Shown in pieces: positions 8,990-17,005 of a DNA stretch of 64,000 bases (its first letter is position 1; every line of letters begins with the position of its first letter). The stretch covers positions 3,442 through 67,441 of the forward strand of contig DATBBH010000164.1 in assembly GCA_036271075.1 (NCBI GenBank). Reading direction: 5' to 3'. Origin of the DNA: Gaiellaceae bacterium. Lineage in GTDB: Bacteria > Actinomycetota > Thermoleophilia > Gaiellales > Gaiellaceae. A model generated the notes under the pieces. That model made no database searches, had not been told where the DNA came from, and saw only the letters and a program-made list of their open reading frames with translations. The position numbers and the translations under genes are program-made.

Positions 8990-10179
8990 ATTGACCTAGC
9001 CCCTGCCCGAGCGATCGCGCGTGTCAGGGCAGCGGTCGCAAACCAAGAGCCAGAGACGAAACGAAGGATCGGCCCGAAGCTCCAGGACGCCGGCGCGCCG
9101 AGGAAGTGCAGGCCGCGCACCGAGGATTCGAGCCCTCGCCGGAGTACCGGGTAGCCCCCGACGGTCGCGATCGACTCGAGGAGCTGCGAGGACAGAAAGG
9201 CGTAGCGGGCAATGTCGACCTTGTAACCCGTCCCGCAGAGCAGATGGTCGGCGCGGACGCTCGCACCGTCGTCGAGCGTGAGCCTCAGCCCTTGCTCGAA
9301 CCGCTCGACGGCGGTCACCTCGCGCCCGATTTCCAGCGGTACGTCGGCGAGCCGGGGAACGAGCCATTTCGCTCCGGCCGGCCGGATCGATCGTCGGGCA
9401 AGCTTGGTCTGCAGCGTGCGAGGGAATTTCGTGAACACGCCCGGCACCGCGAGAACCCGGCTGAGCCCGATCGGTCCGACGTCGGTCGGCGCATAGAAAA
9501 GCGGCTTCGCAGGTCCGAGGCGGCGTTGGATCACGCCTCCTTTCAGCCAGATGAGCTTCTCGGTACGGGCGAAAACGCGAACCGTTGCGCCGGCTTCGTG
9601 GAGAAGAGCGGCCGACTCGAGTGCGCTCTGGCCGCCACCGACAATCGCAACCGAACGCCCTTTGAACACGTCCAGGCGCCTATGCGCTGAGCTGTGTGAG
9701 ACGAGCTCCGCCGGCAGGCGGGCGAACTCGTGGGGGAGCGCCGGGAAGGCGCCGATCCCAGCGGCGACAACGACACGTCCCGCATGAACTGTCGTCCCGT
9801 CCGAGAGCTGAACACGGAAGTTGCCGTTCTCCCTGGCGACCTCGCGGACGTCCCGTTCGTCGAGATCAGGAACCGCTTGCTGCTGGAACCAGCGGCCATA
9901 GTCGACGAAGTCTTCCAGCGGGACCGGGGTCTCGAACTCTCTGCCCGTTTCCTTCTTGAACGCGTCGAGCGACAGGTCTCCTTTGGGGTAGCCGATCTGA
10001 GACGCCTCCCAACGGGAGCGCAGGCACATTCCGACGGGCATCGTCCGCCAGAACTTCATCGGCTGTCCGAACACACGAACGTCGATCTTGCTGTCGGCCG
10101 CGTGTAGCCCGGCGGCTGCCGCAAGTCCATACGGACCGGCACCGACAATCGCGACGTCACAATCCTGGCTCATCGACAT
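8986..10179 (-). CDS. FAD/NAD(P)-binding oxidoreductase (flavin monooxygenase-like, two dinucleotide-binding motifs)
   Basis: Start MSMSQDCDVAIVGAGPYGLAAA (GxGxxG), with a second motif VAIVGGGQSALESA. The 150-aa N-terminal extension in the ORF track is Arg/Pro-rich and overlaps the upstream gene. The chosen ATG overlaps the upstream TGA. Confidence 0.75.
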   Translation of the reverse strand: MSMSQDCDVAIVGAGPYGLAAAAGLHAADSKIDVRVFGQPMKFWRTMPVGMCLRSRWEASQIGYPKGDLSLDAFKKETGREFETPVPLEDFVDYGRWFQQQAVPDLDERDVREVARENGNFRVQLSDGTTVHAGRVVVAAGIGAFPALPHEFARLPAELVSHSSAHRRLDVFKGRSVAIVGGGQSALESAALLHEAGATVRVFARTEKLIWLKGGVIQRRLGPAKPLFYAPTDVGPIGLSRVLAVPGVFTKFPRTLQTKLARRSIRPAGAKWLVPRLADVPLEIGREVTAVERFEQGLRLTLDDGASVRADHLLCGTGYKVDIARYAFLSSQLLESIATVGGYPVLRRGLESSVRGLHFLGAPASWSFGPILRFVSGSWFATAALTRAIARAGARSM

Positions 10180-11564
10180 CAACCCTCGCACTGGCGCCTG
10201 TCGGTCGCCACTGAACGGAAGGGGAGGATCCGCTGCTCGGGCCGGACGGCATGGTGGCTCGCCGCCGGCGGAACGAGCGTCACGAAGGCGGACTCTTCCG
10301 AGCGCACGAATGTCCCCGTGAGCTGCTCCGGGAATGCGGTCTCTCTGGCGTCTCGCCGGCGCCACCAGGAGGCGAGCTCGCGAGGCAGCGGCTTCCACAG
10401 CCGGTCGTTCGCGGCGACAACGTCGAGGGCCTCGGCGTAGAGCGCGCGCTTGTCCGGGTCGCCGAGATATCCACGGTCGGGATGGCTGAGGAACTCGATC
10501 AGGCCGAAGCGTTGCTCGAGCCCCTCCATTTGGGAGAGCCAGGTCGCGGCACCCTTCTGGCGCAGAAGCGTGAAGAGTGTGTGGTCCTGCGGCAGCGTGT
10601 ATGGGAGCTCGACGATCGAGCCGAGCAAGAACGGCCAAATGCTGCAGCAGCCGCCGGGCTGAGGCTCGTACGGATCCGACAGGGGCGAGCTCGTGTCATA
10701 AGCGGCGGGCAGCTCAGGCATCCATTCGGGTACCCGATAGGTTGCGGGCGAGCGGAACCCGACTGCACCGAGCCGTGCCGCGGCTTCCCGAAGTTGTGGC
10801 AGTTGCCGCTCGAACTCGGCCCGTGACGAGAACAGCGAGCGGTCGTGAACCAGGCCGTGCAGCCCGATCTCGAATCCCCGCGCACGCAGCTCGGCGACGA
10901 TCCCATAGTCGATCGGATAGTGGGCGCCGACGATGTTGAAAGACGACCGAAGCCCGCGCGCTTCCTCGAGGGCGGCCAGCTCGAGGGCGAGCCGCAATCC
11001 TTCTGCGGATTCGACGTCGTGAGTGAGAATGACCGCCGCCCTGTGATCTCTCGGCCAAAACCAAGCGAAGCCCGCCTCAGTCGCGTCCGCTCGCAGGAGC
11101 AGGCAGTGTGCGTAGAAGCGGAGCAGTTTCTCGACGCTCGAGTCGAGAGGCCACTGCGGAAAGACGATCGGCTTCCCACTCCGAATGTACGACCTACGCA
11201 CGGCGAGCCAAAACCGACGCGGCAAGAGGCGTTTCACGCGGTAATAGATCCGAAGCTGCCGGTCGCTCAGCTTCTGTTGTCGAGTCGTCAGACAGAAGAT
11301 CTCCGTGATGTAGTTGCGGTATGCCTCGTCGAGATCGAAAGGCACGAACACTTCACCCTGGTCGGCGTGGACGGCACGGAGCTGGTCGTCAGCCTCGCTC
11401 GAGAAGACCATGAACGTCTCGCCCTTCGGCGGGCGACGACCATTTGGACCCGCGAACACCCGCCAGCTTCCGGAACGCAGCCACTGCGCCTCGCTCCCGC
11501 CGCGCGTTTCCAGATCCACCGGCGACAGCGGCGAGAGAAGCCGCGCTAGCGACGACTGTGGCAC
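10179..11564 (-). CDS. polysaccharide deacetylase-like (CE4-related) protein
   Basis: VILTHDVESAEGL...SSFNIVG...GFEIGLHGLVHD resembles the THDVE-type polysaccharide deacetylase family common in EPS loci. The start is uncertain (GTG at 11564 or ATG at 11411). Confidence 0.7.
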   Translation of the reverse strand: MPQSSLARLLSPLSPVDLETRGGSEAQWLRSGSWRVFAGPNGRRPPKGETFMVFSSEADDQLRAVHADQGEVFVPFDLDEAYRNYITEIFCLTTRQQKLSDRQLRIYYRVKRLLPRRFWLAVRRSYIRSGKPIVFPQWPLDSSVEKLLRFYAHCLLLRADATEAGFAWFWPRDHRAAVILTHDVESAEGLRLALELAALEEARGLRSSFNIVGAHYPIDYGIVAELRARGFEIGLHGLVHDRSLFSSRAEFERQLPQLREAAARLGAVGFRSPATYRVPEWMPELPAAYDTSSPLSDPYEPQPGGCCSIWPFLLGSIVELPYTLPQDHTLFTLLRQKGAATWLSQMEGLEQRFGLIEFLSHPDRGYLGDPDKRALYAEALDVVAANDRLWKPLPRELASWWRRRDARETAFPEQLTGTFVRSEESAFVTLVPPAASHHAVRPEQRILPFRSVATDRRQCEG

Positions 11565-11620
11565 AGCTGCCGGCGATCCGGAGGCCGCGTCGAGCCGGGG
11601 CTGGGTGCTGGGGATAGTTG

Positions 11621-12337
11621 CTATACGGCCTTCGCCGCGACAGGCGCGAGCGCTCCGTGGTCTCGAGCCCAGTGCGCCGCCTCGGTCCTGTTTGCTACTT
11701 CGAGCTTGCGGTAGAGGTTCGAGAGGTGGAATTTGATCGTCTGCTCGGTGAGCCAGAGCATTGACGCCATCCTCGCATTGGTGTGCCCCTCGGAGACGAG
11801 CCGGAGGATCTCGAGCTCCCGTTTGGTCAGCGATGCCAGGGGTGCCTGACAGATGCTCTCGTGCTCCTCGGATCCATTTGCCGGTGATGCGGCAACGAGC
11901 TGCAACGGGTGAAAGTACAAAGGCTGACCGAAGGAGTGCCGCATCGAAGCTGCGACGTCGGCGGGGTCGGCGTTCTTGAAGACGTACACGTCGACACCTG
12001 CTGCGACAGCGCGGGCGATGTCGTCGTAATCCTCTCCTTCGCCGATCACGATGATCTTCAGCGACGGGTCCAGATGGCGCGCCTCACGAACGATCTCGAG
12101 CTCATCGCCGAGATCGCTTCCGGCGAGCTCGACGATGAAGAGGTCAGGCTTGCGGTCCAGGATCAGCTGAAGCGCCGACCCGTCTTCTCCGGTAACACCG
12201 ACGACTTCAATCCCGTTCGCCTCGGCGAACTCGCGCAACACACGCACCCACAGGGGCGTCACGCCATGTACGACGGCCTTCATGGGATTGACAACGACCC
12301 CCAGTTCATGGAATCCCCGATTCCCTCGCCGAGTCAT
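11621..12337 (-). CDS. LuxR/NarL-family regulator with atypical (pseudo-)receiver domain
   Basis: C-terminal HTH LTKRELEILRLVSEGHTNARMASMLWLTEQTIKFHLSNLYRKLEV. The receiver-like N-terminus has PDLFIVELAG (Glu where the phospho-Asp is expected) and lacks the acidic DD pair (VVHGVTPLW). The start is uncertain (12283, 12337 or 12412). Confidence 0.8.
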   Translation of the reverse strand: MTRRGNRGFHELGVVVNPMKAVVHGVTPLWVRVLREFAEANGIEVVGVTGEDGSALQLILDRKPDLFIVELAGSDLGDELEIVREARHLDPSLKIIVIGEGEDYDDIARAVAAGVDVYVFKNADPADVAASMRHSFGQPLYFHPLQLVAASPANGSEEHESICQAPLASLTKRELEILRLVSEGHTNARMASMLWLTEQTIKFHLSNLYRKLEVANRTEAAHWARDHGALAPVAAKAV

Positions 12338-12610
12338 TCGCCGATCACCCAGCGGTGACACTGGACGTGCCCCGCCCGAACCCTTATTGCACAGCGCCTT
12401 CGGGCACTTCAAGACCTGTCTAGAGGGTCCGTACTCACGTCTGCACGTCTTGGGAGGTACTTGGTCACAACTCCCACTCCTTCAGACAGTTCGGCAGGCG
12501 TGCGAGACCGCGTCTGCCGACCTTTCGGGGGGGAGCCTGCACACGCGATTCTGGCCTACCGCGAGCGGCGGTCTCCGCGTTAGCCTCAGCTCAGGAACGG
12601 CTTTCCCAGC

Positions 12611-14194
12611 TTGGGCGAAAGCCGGCGCAAAAGGGGATCGGATGCGGAAGGTCGAGCTTCGACGGATGCAGCAGCGGTGAGTGCAGCAGCCAGCCACCCA
12701 CTCGCGGTCGAAGCGCCGAGCGAGCCGATCGCCTGGCTTGACATCCTCTCGCGGGCGAAGGCGTCGCCGGGTCGGCGTGTCTTTGTCAGTCGCGCCCTTG
12801 TTGCCGCCGACGTGGTCGGCTTGGCGGTGGCTTTCGCCGTCGCGGTTGCCTCATTCGGATTCAGTGCGAGTGGCGATCATGCCCGACCGGCGTTCGAGCT
12901 GGCCGTCTTCTTCGTCAGCTTGCCGATCTGGACGATGATCGCTTCGACCAACGGCCTCTACCACTACGACGAGTGGCGCGTGACGCACTCGACCGTCGAC
13001 GACTTCTTCGGGGTCGTGCAGACCGTCACACTCGGAGCTTGGGTCTTCTTCATGGGGTGCTGGATTACGTCCATCTCCTACCCGCGGCCAGGCAAGCTGA
13101 TCGCCTTCTGGATTCTGGCAACGCTCCTGACGACGTCGATCCGTGCGCTGGCCCGAAGCTGGTGCCGCCGTTCCCCCTCGTACATCCAGCGGACCGTCAT
13201 CGTCGGCGGCGGCGACGTCGGTCAGCTGGTCGCGCGGAAGCTGGGTCAGCATCCGGAGTACGGCATCGATCTGATCGGACTAGTCGACGACGACCCGAAG
13301 GAGCGTAGGGCCGACCTGTGTGCGCTGCCGCTGCTCGGGACGGCTTTCGATCTGCCGCAGCTTGTCGCCGACCACGGCATCGATCGCGTGATGATCGCGT
13401 TCTCGAATCTTTCCGATGCGAATACCGTGTCGCTCGTCCGACCGCTGCAGGATCGCGGCCTGCAGGTCGATGTCATTCCACGCCTCTATGAACTCGTAGG
13501 CCCGCGGGTTGACGTGCACACCGTGGAAGGCTTGCCGCTCATCGGCCTACCGCCGGTCCGGCCGAGCCGTGCAGCGCTTTCGGTGAAACGAGCGCTGGAT
13601 ATTCTCGGCGCGTCTCTCGGGCTTCTGCTCACGGCGCCGTTATGTGCGTATTTCGCGTGGAAGGTGCACCGTACTTCGCCCGGCCCGATCTTCTTCCGTC
13701 AGACGCGACTCGGCGAGAACATGCGGGAGTTCACTGCGCTGAAGTTCCGTACGATGTTCGTCGACGCCGACCAGAGCAAGCACCGCGACTACGTCGAGAC
13801 GATCATGAGCGCGGCAGCGACGCCCGGCGAGAACGGCGTCTACAAGCTCGAACGCCCTGACGACATCACGCCGTTCGGTCGCTGGCTTCGGAAGACGAGC
13901 ATGGACGAGCTCCCGCAGCTGCTGAACGTCCTGTGCGGAGACATGTCGCTCGTCGGCCCGCGCCCCTGCCTTCGTTACGAGACAGAGTTCTTCAAGGCCC
14001 ACCACTTCGAGCGCTTCCTGATGCCCGCTGGGCTGACCGGGCTCTGGCAGGTGACCGCCCGCGCTCACTCCACCTTCGGCGAGGCGCTCGACCTGGATGT
14101 CAGCTACGTGCGAGGTTGGTCGCTGGGCCTCGACCTGCGACTGCTGTTGCTCACCCCCATTCAGTTGGTGCGCCAGAGGCAGGCGACCAGATGA
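12611..14194 (+). CDS. exopolysaccharide priming enzyme: polyprenyl-phosphate sugar phosphotransferase (WbaP/bacterial sugar transferase family)
   Basis: N-terminal TM segments, a central Rossmann-like VIVGGGDVG region, and a C-terminal KRALDILGA...PIFFRQTRLG..FT.LKFRTM...DELPQLLNVLCGDMSLVGPRP motif. The start is uncertain (TTG at 12611 or GTG at 12677). Confidence 0.9.
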   Translation: MGESRRKRGSDAEGRASTDAAAVSAAASHPLAVEAPSEPIAWLDILSRAKASPGRRVFVSRALVAADVVGLAVAFAVAVASFGFSASGDHARPAFELAVFFVSLPIWTMIASTNGLYHYDEWRVTHSTVDDFFGVVQTVTLGAWVFFMGCWITSISYPRPGKLIAFWILATLLTTSIRALARSWCRRSPSYIQRTVIVGGGDVGQLVARKLGQHPEYGIDLIGLVDDDPKERRADLCALPLLGTAFDLPQLVADHGIDRVMIAFSNLSDANTVSLVRPLQDRGLQVDVIPRLYELVGPRVDVHTVEGLPLIGLPPVRPSRAALSVKRALDILGASLGLLLTAPLCAYFAWKVHRTSPGPIFFRQTRLGENMREFTALKFRTMFVDADQSKHRDYVETIMSAAATPGENGVYKLERPDDITPFGRWLRKTSMDELPQLLNVLCGDMSLVGPRPCLRYETEFFKAHHFERFLMPAGLTGLWQVTARAHSTFGEALDLDVSYVRGWSLGLDLRLLLLTPIQLVRQRQATR

Positions 14195-15270
14195 GAAGGG
14201 GCCCGCGCGATCCTGTTCGCGTCGGCGTCGTCGGCCTCGGTTACTGGGGTCCGAACCTGGCACGCAACCTGCAGGAGCGCCCCGAGGCCGAGCTGGCCGG
14301 TCTGTGCGACCTCTCGACCGAACGACTCGACCGGCTCGGCCGGCGCTATCCGGCGGCCACTCTCTACCCGAGGCTGGAGCTGATGCTCGCCGACCCGAGT
14401 ATCGAAGCGATCACCGTCGCCACCCCTGTCTCCACTCATCACGCCATCGCCTCGACCGCTCTGCGCGCGGGCAAGCACGTCTTCGTCGAGAAGCCGCTTG
14501 CGGCCTCAACGGCGGAGGCCGCCGACCTGATCAGGCTGGCGAAACGCAAGCGACACGTTCTCATGCCGGGACACACGTTCCTCTACAGCCCGCCCGTGAC
14601 GATGATTGGAGAGTTGATCCGCTCGGGAGAACTCGGGGAGATCTACTTCATCTCCACGAGCCGCGTTAACCTGGGGTTGCACCAGGCGGACGCGAGCGTC
14701 GCTTGGGATCTCGGTCCCCATGACTTTTCGATCTTGCGCTACTGGCTCGGGGAAACGCCGTCACACGCGAGTGCGCTCACGCGCAGCTGCATCTTCCCCG
14801 GAGTTCCAGACGTCGCCTTCATCAGCCTCGAGTTTCCTTCCGGGACGATCGCCCACGTCGAGCTTTCCTGGCTGGCGCCGAGCAAGCTCCGGCGAACGGC
14901 GATCGTCGGCTCTCGAAAAATGGTCGTCTACGACGACACTTCGAACGAGCCTGTAAGGGTGTTCGACTCCGGGGCCGTCCCTGACGACCCGGAAACGTTC
15001 GGCGAGTATCGCCTCACCTATAGAACCGGCGACATTGTCTCGCCGCACCTCGACGCTGCCGAGCCACTCGGCCTCGAGCTGCAGGACTTCTGCTCTGCGA
15101 TCCGCCATGGCACGGTGCCCGTGTCCTCCAGCGAGATCGGCCTCGAGGTTGTCCGCATGGTCGAAGCGGTCGACCGTTCACTGACAAGCTACGGTGCCCG
15201 GATCGAGCTCGCCGAGCCGCTGGAGAGACTCACGTCGTCAAGGCGTCCGCGGTCGAAATCATTGGCATGA
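14191..15270 (+). CDS. Gfo/Idh/MocA family NAD-dependent sugar dehydrogenase (WbpB-like)
   Basis: VRVGVVGLGYWGPNLARNL Rossmann N-terminus and a GKHVFVEKPLA motif. The ATG overlaps the upstream stop (ATGA). Confidence 0.85.
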   Translation: MRRGPRDPVRVGVVGLGYWGPNLARNLQERPEAELAGLCDLSTERLDRLGRRYPAATLYPRLELMLADPSIEAITVATPVSTHHAIASTALRAGKHVFVEKPLAASTAEAADLIRLAKRKRHVLMPGHTFLYSPPVTMIGELIRSGELGEIYFISTSRVNLGLHQADASVAWDLGPHDFSILRYWLGETPSHASALTRSCIFPGVPDVAFISLEFPSGTIAHVELSWLAPSKLRRTAIVGSRKMVVYDDTSNEPVRVFDSGAVPDDPETFGEYRLTYRTGDIVSPHLDAAEPLGLELQDFCSAIRHGTVPVSSSEIGLEVVRMVEAVDRSLTSYGARIELAEPLERLTSSRRPRSKSLA

Positions 15271-15282
15271 ACGCCTAGGACT

Positions 15283-15546
15283 GTGCGTAAACCGACACGA
15301 CATAGACAGCAGCGACACGCGGCCGGCGTGGTCGGGCCGCTCGCAGCGGTCACGCAGCTCATCGAGGCGGATCGGCCGCTGACGATTCGGTGTACTGAAT
15401 GCCGGCGCACCTGGAATAACCCGCACGAGCGGTGGCGCGCGTACATTCTCCGCGGGGCCGAACCAGAGCTTGTCCCGTACTGCCCGGAATGCGCGCAACG
15501 CGAGTTCGGCCGCCCCACTCGCTACCGCGGTAGACACTCAGCTTGA
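15283..15546 (+). CDS. small zinc-ribbon protein, uncharacterised (paralog 1)
   Basis: 87 aa with a GTG start 12 nt after the dehydrogenase stop. Carries CxxC...CPxC (IRCTECRRTW...YCPECAQREFG), shared with the 15735-15932 product. Confidence 0.55.
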   Translation: MRKPTRHRQQRHAAGVVGPLAAVTQLIEADRPLTIRCTECRRTWNNPHERWRAYILRGAEPELVPYCPECAQREFGRPTRYRGRHSA

Positions 15547-15734
15547 GTTTCGTCCACGTCTAGCCGGGCGCAAAGGAATGCTGCTCCTTCGCGAGCGACT
15601 GGTCGCTACGGAAACCTAAGCTCGCAGCGGCTATTTCCTAGAGCCTGCCGCTTGACGACGCGATCCGAGATGTCGTAGCTTTTCGCAACTTTGCGTAAGC
15701 TTGGGTATCCGGTCTGAAGGCCCTGACGAGGTCG

Positions 15735-15932
15735 ATGGTGCCTGCCGCGCAAGAGGCCGAACTTCAGCTGGTCGTTGCGGGGGGCCGACTCGGGTGCCAC
15801 GAATGCGGGGCTGCCTGGTCTCTCGCTGAGACGACCTTATGGCTCGGGTTCTTGAGCGAGACAGCTCCGCCGCAGATCGTTCTCTACTGCCCACGGTGCG
15901 CTTCGCGCGAGTTCGGGATCACACGCCGCTAG
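15735..15932 (+). CDS. small zinc-ribbon protein, uncharacterised (paralog 2)
   Basis: 65 aa with an ATG start. Contains LGCHECGAAW...YCPRCASREFG, with the same Cys spacing and the same C-terminal CPxCAxREFG as paralog 1. Lies upstream of the second LuxR gene. Confidence 0.55.
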   Translation: MVPAAQEAELQLVVAGGRLGCHECGAAWSLAETTLWLGFLSETAPPQIVLYCPRCASREFGITRR

Positions 15933-16070
15933 CGAGCGTCGAGAACGCCTCTGCCAATCCCTCCTGGCAGATTCCTGTCGGCGCGGTGAATCTTGCCTTG
16001 AAACTCCTGCCAGATAGTCCTAGAGTCGATCGCAAGAAGGTTACTGTGGTGGCAGCATCAGGGAGAGTAT

Positions 16071-16808
16071 GTGGCCACGACCTGCGACGGAGCAACGGCG
16101 ATCGTGCTCGATCCGCATCCCCTCTGGATGCGCGGGGTCACCGCGATTCTCGAGGAGATGAACATCGAGGTCGTCGGCACGGCGACCACACCTGAGGTTG
16201 CCGCCGATCTGATCCGTCATTGCCGGCCTACCCTATTCATCCTCGAACCCTCAGTGATGGACGACGGCGGATCATGGATGCAACACATCGCGTCGGCGAT
16301 CAAGATTGCGCCTGAAACGACGGTGGTGGCACTGTCGGATGATGTCTCCGACGAGACGATCGCAAAAGCGATCTCCTACGGCGTCACCGTCTACGGGTCA
16401 AAGGCGTTGGATCAGGACGACATCAAGACGGCGATCCGTCAGGCGTTCAAATGCACGATCTTCCACGCTAGAAGTCTCAATGCGCCCGCAGTGTCGGAAG
16501 CGGATGATGAGAGCCTCGAGGAAGACGGAGCTTCCCTAACGAGGCGAGAGAGGGAAGTTCTTCGGCTCGTCGCGAAAGGGATGACGAACGGTCAGATGGC
16601 CGGACAGCTGTGGATCACCGAGGAAACCGTGAAGTTCCACCTCTCGAACATCTATAGGAAGATCGAAGTCACAAACCGCACCCAGGCCTCGCGCTGGGCG
16701 GCGGAGCACGGCCTGATCTCCGACGAGACGGTTGATGGAGTAGATCTCCGGGAGACCCTGCTTAAGTCGGCCTCCGACGCGAGCAACGGCGCGCGCCCGG
16801 CGCTATAG
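16071..16808 (+). CDS. LuxR/NarL-family regulator with atypical (pseudo-)receiver domain
   Basis: GTG start after GGGAGAG. HTH LTRREREVLRLVAKGMTNGQMAGQLWITEETVKFHLSNIYRKIEV. The receiver-like domain has PTLFILEPS (Glu at the phospho-acceptor position) and DP instead of DD. Paralog of 11621-12337. Confidence 0.85.
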   Translation: MATTCDGATAIVLDPHPLWMRGVTAILEEMNIEVVGTATTPEVAADLIRHCRPTLFILEPSVMDDGGSWMQHIASAIKIAPETTVVALSDDVSDETIAKAISYGVTVYGSKALDQDDIKTAIRQAFKCTIFHARSLNAPAVSEADDESLEEDGASLTRREREVLRLVAKGMTNGQMAGQLWITEETVKFHLSNIYRKIEVTNRTQASRWAAEHGLISDETVDGVDLRETLLKSASDASNGARPAL

Positions 16809-17005
16809 ACATCCTTCTCCTCCATACAACGCACTCAGTTCGCCGAGGACGTCAACGACGACCTTCGGCCTAGCCCTCCTCGAACGGTTAGGTCTGCTTG
16901 ACTTCGCTTCAAGGGCCGAATAGGGATGTGTGAACACCGCACGTTCCGGCCCGCAGGCTTCGGCGCGAGCGGCACGTTTCAACTGGCGTCGACCCTCGAG
17001 GGGTT

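Noticed and set aside
8986-10638. Long N-terminal extensions and composite ORFs in the track (8986-10638, 29525-31177, 49555-50739, 61808-63469, 33118-33966, 39347-41098, 13933-15270, 36377-37705, 37264-38679)
   Set aside because: Stop codons are rare in this GC-rich DNA. The extensions overlap upstream genes and are Arg/Pro/Ala-rich. Internal starts give canonical N-termini, often with ATGA or GTGA coupling to the upstream stop.
12482-12697. 71-aa Cys/Arg-rich minus-strand ORF in the LuxR/priming-transferase divergent promoter region, considered as a third zinc-ribbon paralogue
   Set aside because: It has no CxxC...CPxCAxREFG pattern and overlaps the transferase 5' end. It is probably non-coding promoter DNA.
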